From positions 512,001 to 576,000 of the forward strand of contig CAWETI010000003.1 in assembly GCA_963812015.1 (NCBI GenBank): a stretch of DNA of 64,000 bases, read 5' to 3'. Below, piece after piece: positions 37,832 to 48,208 of the stretch. Numbering within the stretch: position 1 is the stretch's first letter; each line of letters begins with the position of its first letter. Under the pieces are notes generated by a model. It had not been told where the DNA came from. It saw nothing but the letters and a program-made list of their open reading frames with translations, and ran no database searches. A program made the translations under genes and the position numbers. The DNA is from an uncultured delta proteobacterium (GTDB lineage Bacteria; Desulfobacterota; Desulfobaccia; Desulfobaccales; 0-14-0-80-60-11).

Positions 37832-38689
37832 ATGCTGCCGCTGGACTTATATCAGGGAATTGAATCGGCCTGGTGCCCGGGCTGCGGCAATTTCGGCATG
37901 CTCAAGGCCTTCAAGCAGGCCCTGGCGGAGTTGGAAATCCGGCCCGAGGCGATGGTGGTGGTCTCGGGGATCGGCCAGTCGGGGAAATTTCCCCACTATC
38001 TCAAGTGCAACACCTTTAACGGCATTCATGGCCGTACCCTGCCGGTGGCCACGGGGATTCGGCTGGCCAACCATGAACTGACGGTGGTGGCGGAGGCCGG
38101 GGACGGGGATTGTTACGGCGAAGGCGGCAACCACCTCTTGGCCACGCTGCGGCGCAACCCCGATCTTACTTTAGTGGTGCACAATAACCAGGTTTACGGT
38201 TTGACCAAAGGCCAGGCCTCCCCTACCACCGACCAGGGTTATATCACCCTGCTGCAACCCCACGGGGTCTCCTCTCCCCCGTTGCACGCCCTGGCCATCG
38301 CGGTGGCCCAAGACTGTTCCTGGGTGGGCCGGGGGTTTGCCGGGAGGGGGGAGCACCTCACCGACCTGTATAAGCAGGCCCTGACCCATAAGGGCTTTGC
38401 CTTGCTGGAAGTGCTGCAGCCCTGTGTCTCGTTCAACAAGGTGAACACCTTTTCGTGGTATGAACAGCGGGTCTATGACGTGGCAAAAGAACCGGGTTAC
38501 GACCCGGAAAACGAACTCTGGTCCTATCAGAAGGCCAAGGAGTGGGGGGACCGCATCCCCATCGGGGTGATTTACCGTCACCCCCGGCCCCTCCTGGAGC
38601 AGATGCATCCGGTCCTCGCGGCCGGTCCTTTGGTGCGACAACAACCGGAGCGCCCCATCAAGGCGCTTCTGGGCGACTTCTTCTCATGA
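37832..38689 (+). CDS. korB: 2-oxoacid:ferredoxin oxidoreductase beta subunit (TPP-binding)
   Basis: WCPGCGNFG, HGRTLP, GDGD...NNQVYGLTKGQASPT, QPCVSFN. Confidence 0.92.
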   Translation: MLPLDLYQGIESAWCPGCGNFGMLKAFKQALAELEIRPEAMVVVSGIGQSGKFPHYLKCNTFNGIHGRTLPVATGIRLANHELTVVAEAGDGDCYGEGGNHLLATLRRNPDLTLVVHNNQVYGLTKGQASPTTDQGYITLLQPHGVSSPPLHALAIAVAQDCSWVGRGFAGRGEHLTDLYKQALTHKGFALLEVLQPCVSFNKVNTFSWYEQRVYDVAKEPGYDPENELWSYQKAKEWGDRIPIGVIYRHPRPLLEQMHPVLAAGPLVRQQPERPIKALLGDFFS

Positions 38690-38699
38690 GGGTGTGATT

Positions 38700-38867
38700 A
38701 TGGTGGCAGAAAAAGAAATCCGGTCCTGGGATATCCTGCGGGAACCCAATCGCATTTTGCTGGAGGAAGACTACGGCTCCAAGATGGAGCTCCTGATCTA
38801 CACGCTCACCTGGGCCGTGGAGATTGGGCTCTGTTTTGCCTTAGCCATCGCTTACCTCCGGGGTTAG
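38700..38867 (+). CDS. Putative small membrane protein (55 aa, not in ORF track)
   Basis: ATG 10 nt after korB stop with GAGGG upstream; MVAEKEIRSWDILREPNRILLEEDYGSKMELLIYTLTWAVEIGLCFALAIAYLRG, GC-ending codons, C-terminal TM. Confidence 0.55.
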   Translation: MVAEKEIRSWDILREPNRILLEEDYGSKMELLIYTLTWAVEIGLCFALAIAYLRG

Positions 38868-38937
38868 CCGGGCAGAGCCCCGTCCCGTCCCTGGCGGGGC
38901 GCAGGGGGGCCTGCTTCCCAGTGAAAGACGACAAGCT

Positions 38938-38994
38938 GTAGGGGCGGACCCGCGTGTCCGCCCGCTTTGGGCGCACACAGGGGTGCGTCCCGAC
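38938..38994. repeat. Inverted GTAG-type REP doublet
   Basis: GTAGGGGCGGACCCGCGTGTCCGCCC plus inverse GGGCGCACACAGGGGTGCGTCCCGAC; same family as 6550-6575. Confidence 0.7.
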
Positions 38995-39487
38995 AAAATA
39001 CGGTATGAGCGCCGGTCCGGGCCTTCCACCAGCCGGGGTGGGGGTGGCCGCCAGATAGCATAGGCCTCTCAGACGAGCCTGGTTACGGGGTGAACCGGGG
39101 GGCGCGCCCCGACAGGTTCGGGGGTGAGGGATAGGGGGGGATGCCATTGATTGGCCTCCAAGGCTTTACCGGGGCAGCATGTTGCATAAGGCAACAATTT
39201 CAGGCTCTGGGGAAAGTTGTGGCTGGGCAATGGATTTTTGAATATGGCTCTAAATTTTTTTTGCTAATAGTAATTGAAATAAAACGATAGCGGGCTTAAA
39301 ATACAGTTAGAAGAGAACCCGTAGCAGGAGATTTTCTGCCCAACCCGTTAACTATCGGGAACCAGGCGGAAAATAGGCGCGAGGCAGGAACCCACCAAAC
39401 CTGGGGGTTACCATAGGCACTGGCGTAAGGCATTCGCAGAGCCGAGGGACCTTTTGTGGCAAAGGCTCAGGGAGGTGTGGTGCAAAG

Positions 39488-40516
39488 ATGATTAATGAAC
39501 TGTTAGCTCCTGGCGGCAGCCTGGAAATGGTGGAAGGGGTTTTTCAAAGCGGCGCCAACGCGGTTTACGTCGGGGCGAAGGGCTTTAGTCGGCGTAAATG
39601 CGCCTGGGAGTTGGAAGATAGCCAGATCGGTGAAGCGGTCCGCATTGCCGCCGAATACCAGGGGAAGGTTCGGGTAGCTTTGAACGCGGAAATCCCGGCG
39701 GAAAAAATCCCCCTGGTGGTGCAAAAGGTGGAAAAATACGCCCACTTCGGTGTCGAAGGGGTGATCGTCAAGACCCCGGCGGTGATTCAGGAGATCCACC
39801 GGCGTATCCCCGAATTGGTTATTCACGCCAGCGTGGGCGCCAACATCCAGACTCAGGCGGAAATGGCCCGGTTTAAGGCTTATGGGGCCACGCAGCTGGT
39901 GGCTTCCACCGAAATCAATACGGTGGAAAAGCTGACCCGGTTTAAGCGGGAAGCGGACGAGCTGGGGCTCAAGACCGAGATCCTGATTCACGGCAACCGC
40001 TGCATCGGCGGAGTGGGGAACTGCATGTTCCACGAACTCATTGCCGATTCTTACATCCGCAAGGTCTATCGGGATGAAGAAGGCAACGAGATCGTGGAAT
40101 ACGAAGGCTGGCCCGACCGAAGCGGCAGCTGTTTCCGGCTCTGCCTCCTGACCGACGAGCAGCGCCGCAAGCTCTTGGTCAAGCGGGGTCAACCGCTGGA
40201 TAAGATTGAAACGATCAACGCGCGCATCCGGCAGCAGCCCAACGTGGCCTTCGCTATCCTGGGAGATGAGTTAAAGGGCTACCTGGATTTGGGGCTGGCC
40301 ACGGTCAAGGTCCAGGGTCGGGAGTATGCGGTGTCCATGATCTCAAGCATGATTAGCTGTTACCGGCAGCTGATCGACGCCCACATGGGGGGCGAAGACA
40401 TCAATGGGCCTTTTTTCCAGCGGATTCAGGACCGTCTGGCGGCCCTGGTGGCGGAACGCGATCAGGCCCGGATGGAAAAGACCAAGGAACTCCACCGGCA
40501 CATCGTGGGCTTGTAA
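39488..40516 (+). CDS. Peptidase U32 family Fe-S protein
   Basis: [44 protein letters not shown]. Confidence 0.88.
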   Translation: MINELLAPGGSLEMVEGVFQSGANAVYVGAKGFSRRKCAWELEDSQIGEAVRIAAEYQGKVRVALNAEIPAEKIPLVVQKVEKYAHFGVEGVIVKTPAVIQEIHRRIPELVIHASVGANIQTQAEMARFKAYGATQLVASTEINTVEKLTRFKREADELGLKTEILIHGNRCIGGVGNCMFHELIADSYIRKVYRDEEGNEIVEYEGWPDRSGSCFRLCLLTDEQRRKLLVKRGQPLDKIETINARIRQQPNVAFAILGDELKGYLDLGLATVKVQGREYAVSMISSMISCYRQLIDAHMGGEDINGPFFQRIQDRLAALVAERDQARMEKTKELHRHIVGL

Positions 40517-40567
40517 TTTGTTGCATTTTTGTTGATTGAGCCGAAATATTACGTTGTTGTCATAAGA

Positions 40568-40598
40568 AGCCTGCCCTATAATGGGGCAGGCTTTTTTT
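40568..40598 (+). terminator. Intrinsic terminator
   Basis: AGCCTGCCC..GGGCAGGCT stem followed by T-run. Confidence 0.8.
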
Positions 40599-40843
40599 AT
40601 CAGGCGAGAGCCTGGAGAGTGGTTCAGGAGATTTATCACCCTTCCCGGGCACGGGCAGGGCGATTAATCGTCGGGTTAATTTAATCGCCGGGATTTTCCT
40701 ATCTCCTAGTTGCCCTGACCGATGCAGGAAACGAGAGCTGTTGGGGATTCTTACGCCTTTTCCGAAAGGACTTAGAAAACCGGCGCCGGCAGAGACCAGG
40801 AGGGTCCCCACCGCCAAAATCTACCGTTGTGGGGCGATGACGG

Positions 40844-42481
40844 ATGGTGAACCTTCCTGAAGACCACCAGCGGCCGCCGGTCCTGTCCTTTTGGTTCGGC
40901 GTGCTGCTGTGCGTTTTGATCCTGATCGGCAGCTTCTACAACCTGGCCAATTATCCCACCATCTGGTGGGATGAAGCCATCTTTTCGGAAACCGCCGCCA
41001 ATCTGGTCCAGCACGGCCGCTACGCCTTTACCGTGCAAAGCCCCAATCAGCTGAACGACCTGGACTTTCGGATCAGCGCCGGACCCGCGGTGATCCTCCC
41101 CGTGGCTCTGGCGTACAAGCTGCTTGGCGTCAGCCTGCTCTCCGGGCGGCTGGTGGCCGGGGCTTATATAGTCCTCACCTTCCTGGCCCTGTTCCTGGTA
41201 GCCCGTTGCCTCTGGGGCTCGGTCACGGCGCTGCTGGCGGTGGCCCTGGCCTTCCTGGGCACCGATGTCTTCTTCTGGGGCCGCTCGGTCTTGGGAGATA
41301 TTCCCGCCCTGGGGCTCTTCCTCTGCGCCACCTATTTTCTTAGCCGCGGTCTTGAGTCCCGCGCTCTCTGGCCCCTCTTTCTGGGAGGCGTATTCTTGGG
41401 GCTGGCTTTCGATGCCAAGGAGTTCTATGGGCTGGCCTTTCTCCCCCCCCTGGCGCTTCTGGCCCGACAGCATTGGGGCGATAAGCGGGGTTTGGCGGTC
41501 CGGGTCCTGGCCTTCAGTGCCGGTGCGGCCCTGCCGCCTCTGGCCTACCTGGCGCTTAAGGCGGTGATCCTGGGGAGCCTGACCGGGGCCGTGCTCCATT
41601 TTCTGGAACAGAAAAAACTTCTGTGCCACGAGTTCTTTACGCCTCTCACCATCGGCCGCATCTACCCGGAAAGTCTCTTGTTATTGCTGCAGGACCCCCT
41701 TTTCTGGCTGGGATGTCTGGGGGTCGGCTGGATTTGGAAGAAAGAGACCCCATCTCCCGGGGTTACCTTATGGGTCTGGAACTTCCTCCTCTGGAGCGCG
41801 GTTTACCTCACCGCGGTTTACTGGCATCGCTTTGCCCTGCCGGGTTTATTCCTGGCCTGCCCGCTGGCGGCCGATTTCCTCCGCAAAGTAGCGGCCCGTC
41901 TGACTTCCGGAGTTTGCAGCCGCCCGCCCCGGTGGTTGGCTCCTGGTATCATCGCAACCTCTCTGGTCTTGTTTTCCCCCATCGACGGCCTGGATTACTT
42001 CAAACAGATTCTCACCTGCCGAAATTCAGCCCCCTTGCGCCTGGTGCAGTATCTCCGGACCAAGGTGCCCACCCGCTGCCTCATCGAAACCCCGGAATAC
42101 GAGCTGGCCTTTCTGGACGACGACCACCGCATCCATCTCATGCCGTCATTTTATTTCGTGGAATCCACGCCGGACCGGATAGTGCTGCTCAACCCCCGGA
42201 AGCAACCTTACGAGTTCAACCGGGTGGGAGCGGATATCCTGATTCTGGGAACCTTTGGTAAGAGCGTCTTCAAACAGGTCTATCCCCCCGGCCTCATCAA
42301 TCGAGAATGGCGCCGGATCGCCCGGGTGGATTATTATGATATCTATGTATCTCGAAAATCTGAAAAGAAGATGGTACAATTAACGAATAAGACCCTGGCC
42401 TCCTACCATAAGGCCAGCCTGACCAGACCCGCCGCTAAGGCTAATGTCCAGGGAACGCTTGCTGATCCGTACTATCACTGA
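40844..42481 (+). CDS. ArnT/PMT-like (GT39/GT83) membrane glycosyltransferase
   Basis: PTIWWDEA motif after first TM, many TM helices, soluble C-terminal domain. Confidence 0.8.
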   Translation: MVNLPEDHQRPPVLSFWFGVLLCVLILIGSFYNLANYPTIWWDEAIFSETAANLVQHGRYAFTVQSPNQLNDLDFRISAGPAVILPVALAYKLLGVSLLSGRLVAGAYIVLTFLALFLVARCLWGSVTALLAVALAFLGTDVFFWGRSVLGDIPALGLFLCATYFLSRGLESRALWPLFLGGVFLGLAFDAKEFYGLAFLPPLALLARQHWGDKRGLAVRVLAFSAGAALPPLAYLALKAVILGSLTGAVLHFLEQKKLLCHEFFTPLTIGRIYPESLLLLLQDPLFWLGCLGVGWIWKKETPSPGVTLWVWNFLLWSAVYLTAVYWHRFALPGLFLACPLAADFLRKVAARLTSGVCSRPPRWLAPGIIATSLVLFSPIDGLDYFKQILTCRNSAPLRLVQYLRTKVPTRCLIETPEYELAFLDDDHRIHLMPSFYFVESTPDRIVLLNPRKQPYEFNRVGADILILGTFGKSVFKQVYPPGLINREWRRIARVDYYDIYVSRKSEKKMVQLTNKTLASYHKASLTRPAAKANVQGTLADPYYH

Positions 42482-43223
42482 GTTTCGCCGCCGCTATCGG
42501 CAGTTTCGTTCCGGGGACGTGATTATCGGCGTCCTCCCCTTGCGGCTGGGAGAAGAGATCAAGCTCCTGGACCTGACGGAACGGGGGGTGGGGTTCTTCC
42601 CCCCGGTTTTGTCCCAACTCCTGGGCCGCTCCAAGGTGGCCCAGGCCGAAGTTCTGGCGGATTACCTGGTCCCCGGCAGTTTCGTGGCCTATGCCCTGGC
42701 GGACCTGGCCGGGCACCTCCCCGAATTTCAGGCCGGGGAGGCGGTGGTCGCCAAACGGGACCGGGCCCACCTGGGCCTGGGGGTCAGCCTCTGGCCCTCC
42801 CTGGAAACCCTTTACAGCCTGGCGAGCCTCCAGGGACTTACGTACCCCCTGGTGGTGCAGCCTTTTCTGGCCGGGGCCCGGGACTTGAGGGTGGTGGTGG
42901 TGGGCGACTATGTCGAGGCCTACGAACGGCTCAACCCCAACAGCTTTCGCAAGAATCTCTTTCAGGGAGGCTCATCCCTCCCCGCCGTCCTCACCCAGGA
43001 ACAGTGGGATTTTTGCCGGGACGTGATGACCCGGGGAAGATTTCCCTATGCCATCCTGGACGTGCTTCTCTCTCCCGAGGGCCGGCCGTATCTTTCGGAA
43101 ATCAGTTTCAAGGGGGGACTGACCGGGGCGCGTCTCTCCCAGGCTGAATTTCGCCACCGCGTCGCCGCCCTTGAAGAGGACTTTTGCCGACCATGGGAAA
43201 ACTCATCGAAGACCCGGCTCTAA
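42444..43223 (+). CDS. RimK-like ATP-grasp protein
   Basis: VVQPFL..ARDLRVVVVG, FRKNLFQGG, ILDVLL, YLSEI. Confidence 0.75.
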   Translation: MSRERLLIRTITEFRRRYRQFRSGDVIIGVLPLRLGEEIKLLDLTERGVGFFPPVLSQLLGRSKVAQAEVLADYLVPGSFVAYALADLAGHLPEFQAGEAVVAKRDRAHLGLGVSLWPSLETLYSLASLQGLTYPLVVQPFLAGARDLRVVVVGDYVEAYERLNPNSFRKNLFQGGSSLPAVLTQEQWDFCRDVMTRGRFPYAILDVLLSPEGRPYLSEISFKGGLTGARLSQAEFRHRVAALEEDFCRPWENSSKTRL

Positions 43224-43873
43224 GGGATCGTCTCCATGTCTTTGCCGATCGCGCCGCGGCGGGCCAGCATTTAGCCGTCCATCTCGAGGCCTATCGGGGG
43301 GGTGATGTGCGCCTCTTCGCCATTCCCGCCGGGGGCGTCCCGGTGGCCCGGGAGATCGCACGGGCCCTGTCGATTCCCCTGGACCTCATCATTGTCCGGA
43401 AAATCCAGCTTCCCTGGACCACGGAGGCCGGCTTCGGCGCCCTGGATCCCGCCGGCCAGGCCACCCTCAATGAAGACTTGCTGCGCCGCATGCCCCTGTC
43501 ACCCGAGGACATCGAGGCCCAGGTCAAGAAGGCTGCCGCGTCCATGCGCCAGCGGGAAGACCGCCTCAGGGGCGGTAAACCCTATCCCCGCCTGAACGGC
43601 CAACCGGTCATGGTGGTGGATGACGGTTTAGCCTCGGGCTATACCATGCGGGCGGCTCTTAAGTTCCTTCAAGCCCAGGGGGCCGGCCGGCTCATCGTGG
43701 CCGTGCCCACCGGCTCCGAACGCACCGTTTGGGAGCTACTCCCCCTGGTTGATGAGCTTTACTGCCTCAATGTCCGGGGTGGCTTTTCCTTTGCCGTGGC
43801 CGACGCCTATGAAAACTGGTATGATTTAACCGAAGAGGAAGTCAAGGCCTGCTTGCCAGCGGCAGGAGCTTGA
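43193..43873 (+). CDS. Phosphoribosyltransferase family protein
   Basis: FADRAAAG, IPAGGVPVA, VVDDGLASG, VAVP. Confidence 0.88.
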   Translation: MGKLIEDPALRDRLHVFADRAAAGQHLAVHLEAYRGGDVRLFAIPAGGVPVAREIARALSIPLDLIIVRKIQLPWTTEAGFGALDPAGQATLNEDLLRRMPLSPEDIEAQVKKAAASMRQREDRLRGGKPYPRLNGQPVMVVDDGLASGYTMRAALKFLQAQGAGRLIVAVPTGSERTVWELLPLVDELYCLNVRGGFSFAVADAYENWYDLTEEEVKACLPAAGA

Positions 43874-43998
43874 CCATTACTACCACCTCAGGTCAGAACC
43901 GAGACCCCATCCTCATCAGAGATTCGTGACCCTTAGACCGTGCAACAAATCGAAATCGACCTGCACCTGTCGAACGATCGCATTCGGTAAAATTCGCC

Positions 43999-45165
43999 AT
44001 GTCGAGTAATTGGTTTAATAAAAATCCAATAAAAACTCTAGTTATCCTAGTTTTGGTCATGTTTGTCTTGATCACTTATGGCGCTGAAAAAATACTTCAA
44101 TATAAAAACCGGGGAATAGGGTTTAATTATAATCTGCCGCATCGAGCCATAACTTTGAGGGAGTATCGACCGTTAATGGCAGAATGGGTGGAAGCTGGGA
44201 AAGAAGAGCAACATTATGATACTTTGGTCCGCCAAAAATATCTTCTGAGAATAGATAATGATGGTTTCATTGTGCCTTCTAAGAAATACACCAATCCGGA
44301 TATGTCTATCGTCTTTTTAGGGGGATCTACTACTGAATGCCGCTATGTTGCTGAAGACCATCGGTTTCCTTATTTAGCCGGCGTATTGCTGGAACAGCAA
44401 ACGGGAATTAAAATAAACTCTTATAATGGCGGGAGGAGTGGTAATCACTCGCTCCATTCCCTGGATATTTTGCTCAATAAGGTATTTCCCATTAAGCCTG
44501 GTATCGTAGTAATGCTTCATAATATCAATGATTTAGTTGTGTTACTTTATGAATCATCTTATTGGAACCATAACTCATCTAAACCGGTTATATTCGATAT
44601 CAATAAAGAGATAGATGCCAATTTTTATAAGATAATCCGGGATAGATATATTCCCAATCTCGCTGCGGCAATGCATAACTTCGATAAGTCACTAAGATCG
44701 TTATGGAAGTCGGGCAAGAAAAACAACGATGAATTTGCCAAAATAAGAGGCAAGCACCTGATAGTTGATAAATCTGCCATGATTGAGCAATTTGAAATGA
44801 ACTTACAGTCATTTATCTATTTATGTAAGGCGAGAAATATTATTCCGGTTCTCATGACCATGTCTAGTAGATTTAAGGAAAAACCTGACCAAATCATTTT
44901 GGATACGTTTAATAATGTCAGCATAGATTATTCTCAATTCAGAGAACTGTTCGATCTATTCAATAAGTCTATTCTTAAGAAGGCGCATGACAACAATATT
45001 ATGGTGATAGACCTGGCCCAAGAGATTCCTCAGGAAAATGAATTTATGGTTGATATCGTTCACTATACCGATAAGGGAGCCAGGAAAGCCGCCGATATCA
45101 TCAGTGACCGGCTGAAACCGGTGGTGAATACCCTGATTAAACAGCATGCCTTGCAGGCGCATTAA
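43999..45165 (+). CDS. Membrane-anchored SGNH/GDSL hydrolase
   Basis: N-terminal TM, FLGGSTT, NGGRSG, INDL, DIVH; AT-rich. Confidence 0.82.
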   Translation: MSSNWFNKNPIKTLVILVLVMFVLITYGAEKILQYKNRGIGFNYNLPHRAITLREYRPLMAEWVEAGKEEQHYDTLVRQKYLLRIDNDGFIVPSKKYTNPDMSIVFLGGSTTECRYVAEDHRFPYLAGVLLEQQTGIKINSYNGGRSGNHSLHSLDILLNKVFPIKPGIVVMLHNINDLVVLLYESSYWNHNSSKPVIFDINKEIDANFYKIIRDRYIPNLAAAMHNFDKSLRSLWKSGKKNNDEFAKIRGKHLIVDKSAMIEQFEMNLQSFIYLCKARNIIPVLMTMSSRFKEKPDQIILDTFNNVSIDYSQFRELFDLFNKSILKKAHDNNIMVIDLAQEIPQENEFMVDIVHYTDKGARKAADIISDRLKPVVNTLIKQHALQAH

Positions 45166-45222
45166 CTCGATACAAAAATTCGCCGGTGCACATCGACCGC
45201 CATTCTTACGGTTATCGTCACA

Positions 45223-45816
45223 ATGACGCGCCCAACCCGCTCTTTTCCCAAAGATCAACTGGCCTTCGACATCGACGGGGTGGTGGCCGACATCATGACC
45301 ACCTTTCTGGACCTGGCCCGGGAACGCTACAACCAGGGACATCAGCTCCGCTACGAGCACATCACCACCTTTTATTTGGAAGACTGCCTGGACCTGCCGG
45401 CCTGGATCATCGACGAACTCCTCCGGGAACTCATCGACCGTCCCCATGAACTGCCGGTGGAGCCCTTCCCCCACGCCGTGCCGGTACTGACCCGCCTGGC
45501 CCAGGAAACGCCCCTGTTGTTCGTCACCGCCCGGGACCGTCGGCAGCCCATCGAACACTGGCTGCATCGGCACCTGGCCCCGGTGCCGCCTTCAGCGATC
45601 CGGGTCCTGGCCACGGGCGACCCCGACACCAAGATCCACTACCTTAAGGACCACGGCATCCAGTACTTCGTGGAAGACCGCCTGGAAACCTGCCTCCAAC
45701 TGGCCGACCACGGCATCACCCCCATCCTCTTCGCCCAACCCTGGAACCGCCGCCCCCACCCATTCCTTGAGGTGGCGGACTGGCCGGAACTGGCCAACCT
45801 CCTCTTTGAGGATTAA
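45223..45816 (+). CDS. HAD-like 5'(3')-nucleotidase family protein
   Basis: AFDIDGVVAD, FVTAR, K...FVEDR, QPWN. Confidence 0.85.
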   Translation: MTRPTRSFPKDQLAFDIDGVVADIMTTFLDLARERYNQGHQLRYEHITTFYLEDCLDLPAWIIDELLRELIDRPHELPVEPFPHAVPVLTRLAQETPLLFVTARDRRQPIEHWLHRHLAPVPPSAIRVLATGDPDTKIHYLKDHGIQYFVEDRLETCLQLADHGITPILFAQPWNRRPHPFLEVADWPELANLLFED

Positions 45817-45818
45817 AG

Positions 45819-45925
45819 TTTTGGGAGAGGGGGCGATGGGCTTTTCGTAAATGGCCCCTCCCCCCTCTCCCAAACCCTCTCCGCCAACCCCCATAACTGA
45901 ATTAGGGGCGAGCCGCTGGGTCGCC
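45819..45925. repeat. G/C-rich post-stop repeat copy plus degenerate GTAG-type REP
   Basis: TTTGGGAGAGGGG...CCCCTCTCCCAAA...CCCCATAA; TAGGGGCGAGCCGCTGGGTCGCC. Confidence 0.55.
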
Positions 45926-45996
45926 AGCCCTGGACGGACACGAAGGTCCTCCCCTCAAACCTTCCTTTTTCCCACAGCTTTAGATACAATATTCCC

Positions 45997-47259
45997 ATGA
46001 CGCAGCGGGAAGCAGCATTAGCGGGCCGGATCACCCCGGCTATGAAGCAGGCCGCGGCCAGTGAAGGGGTGGCCCCGGAGGTCATCCGCCAGGGGTTGGC
46101 CCAGGGCACTGTCGCGGTGCCGGCCAACCGGGAGCACCGGGGGCTTAAGCCCGCGGCCATCGGCGCCGGGGTGCGGGTCAAGATCAACGCCAACATCGGC
46201 ACCTCGCCCCACGACATCAGTCTCGAGAAGGAGCAGGCCAAGCTGGCCGCGGCCCTGGAGTATGGCGCCGATGCGGTTATGGATCTGTCCACCGGCGGCA
46301 ATCTCGATGAGATCCGCACCGCGCTGTTGGCCCGTTGCCCCGCGCCCTTCGGCACCGTACCCATCTATCAGGTGATGACCGAAGCCACCAGCCTGGATGA
46401 CGTCAAGGCCGACGATCTCCTTTCCATGGTGCACCACCACGCCAAGCAGGGGGTGGACTTCGTCACGGTGCACTGCGGCGTTACCCAGAGCGCCTTGCCC
46501 CTGTTAAAGAAAAGGGTTACCGGGGTGGTCTCCCGGGGCGGGGCTTTTCTCACCGCCTGGATGCGCCGCTACCAAAAGGAAAACCCCCTTTACGAGCATT
46601 ACGACCGACTGCTGGCGATAGCCAAAGAATACGACGTCACCCTCTCTTTGGGTGACGGCCTCCGCCCAGGCTGCCTGGCCGACGCCACCGACAAGGCCCA
46701 GCTCCACGAACTGAAGGTCCTGGGTGAGCTCACCAAACGGGCCTGGGCCAAGGGGGTCCAGGTCATGGTGGAAGGGCCGGGACATCTGCCCCTCCACGCC
46801 ATCCGGAAGAATGTCCGCCTCCAGCAGAAATACTGCGCCAACGCCCCCTTTTACGTCCTGGGGCCCCTGGTCACCGACGTGGCCTCGGGCTACGACCACA
46901 TCGCCGGGGCCATCGGCGGGGCCCTGGCCGCCACCCTGGGCGCGGCGTTTCTGTGCTACGTCACCCCGGCGGAACACCTGAAACTTCCGGAAGTGGAGGA
47001 CGTCATCGACGGGGTGGTGGCTTCCCGCATCGCCGCCCACGCCGCCGACATCGCCCGGGGCCTGCCCGGGGCCGCGGACTGGGATTTAAAGATGTCCCAG
47101 GCCCGCCGGGCCCTGGATTGGGACACCCAGATCAAACTCTCCATCAACCCCGCCAAAGCCCGGCGCTACCGGGACCTCTCCCAGGCCAAAGAAGACCAGT
47201 GCACCATGTGCGGCCGCTTCTGCGCCATGAAGGTCTTCGACGATAAGTTTGAGGAGTGA
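45997..47259 (+). CDS. thiC: Phosphomethylpyrimidine synthase ThiC (short form; Bza paralogy not excluded)
   Basis: KINANIGTS, MDLSTGG, VSRGG, LSLGDGLRPG, EGPGH, CYVTPAEH, CTMCGRFC. Confidence 0.9.
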   Translation: MTQREAALAGRITPAMKQAAASEGVAPEVIRQGLAQGTVAVPANREHRGLKPAAIGAGVRVKINANIGTSPHDISLEKEQAKLAAALEYGADAVMDLSTGGNLDEIRTALLARCPAPFGTVPIYQVMTEATSLDDVKADDLLSMVHHHAKQGVDFVTVHCGVTQSALPLLKKRVTGVVSRGGAFLTAWMRRYQKENPLYEHYDRLLAIAKEYDVTLSLGDGLRPGCLADATDKAQLHELKVLGELTKRAWAKGVQVMVEGPGHLPLHAIRKNVRLQQKYCANAPFYVLGPLVTDVASGYDHIAGAIGGALAATLGAAFLCYVTPAEHLKLPEVEDVIDGVVASRIAAHAADIARGLPGAADWDLKMSQARRALDWDTQIKLSINPAKARRYRDLSQAKEDQCTMCGRFCAMKVFDDKFEE

Positions 47260-47265
47260 GAGAAC

Positions 47266-47371
47266 TTGGGGGAGGGGGCTAAGGGCGAGAGCGCTTTCCC
47301 CCCTTACAAAAAACCCCAAACCCCCTCCCCCAATCCCATAAGTGAAAGTAGGGGCACGGTGAGCCGTGTCC
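47266..47371. repeat. G/C-rich post-stop repeat copy plus GTAG-type REP
   Basis: TTGGGGGAGGGGGCTAAGGGCG...CCCCCAATCCCATAAG; GTAGGGGCACGGTGAGCCGTGTCC. Confidence 0.6.
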
Positions 47372-47587
47372 AGCTTAGCAGCCCTCCCCACCTCCTCCTC
47401 GCCGGGCCGTGTCCTCCCTGCCCCGGACCTTCATCAAACCCTCAAAAAATTATCCGGGGCGGCGTCACTTTATGACAATTATGGTAATTTTATTGGGGTT
47501 ATGTTAAATTTCCCTTAAGATTCCTCCCGATCGATGGGAAGCTTGGATCCAGACCGATTTGGACCGAGACTTAAAGGAGCGACGAGG

Positions 47588-48205
47588 ATGGATTGCCTTC
47601 CGCAAAGCCACCGGGGCACCGTGACCCCCGAGACGGCGCACGGCCTTAAATTTACTCAGGCCTTGGACCAGATGCACGAGGAGCTGGGAGGAGTGCTGGC
47701 CCAACTCACTCCGGATATGGCCGAGACCCTCATCAAAGAAGTTTCAGCCGCCCCCCGGATATTCGGCTGCGCGGCCGGTCGCTCGGGATTCATCCTCCGG
47801 GGCTTCCTGATGCGGCTGATGCACCTGGGATTCACCGTTTATTTCGTGGGGGAGACCACCACCCCCAGGGTCCGCCCCGGCGACCTGCTCATCGTGATGT
47901 CGGGCTCCGGGGAGACGGCCCAGCCCCGGGAGATGCAACGCCGGGCCAACGCGGTGGGGGCCCGCACCCTGGCCCTGACCACCCACCCGGAATCCACCAT
48001 CGGCCAGGAGGGCCAGGTAACCATCAGTATTCCCGGGACCACCAAACTGACCCTCAACCAGGAAACCAAGTCGGTGCAATGCCCCGGCAGCCTGTTCGAA
48101 CAGGCCACCTTCCTTTTTCTGGAAGCGGTGGTGTTGATCCTTTACGAGCGGCGCCTGGGCCATAACCAGGGCGAAGTCCTGGACCGCCACGCGGATTTGG
48201 AATAA
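47588..48205 (+). CDS. hxlB: 6-phospho-3-hexuloisomerase (SIS domain)
   Basis: AGRSG, FLMRLMHLG, VGETTTP, SGSGET, GSLFEQ, RHADLE. Confidence 0.9.
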   Translation: MDCLPQSHRGTVTPETAHGLKFTQALDQMHEELGGVLAQLTPDMAETLIKEVSAAPRIFGCAAGRSGFILRGFLMRLMHLGFTVYFVGETTTPRVRPGDLLIVMSGSGETAQPREMQRRANAVGARTLALTTHPESTIGQEGQVTISIPGTTKLTLNQETKSVQCPGSLFEQATFLFLEAVVLILYERRLGHNQGEVLDRHADLE

Positions 48206-48208
48206 GAC

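Noticed and set aside
45817..45996. TPP riboswitch expected upstream of thiC
   Set aside because: No CTGAGA or CCTGAT...GCGTAGG motifs; the space is filled by repeats
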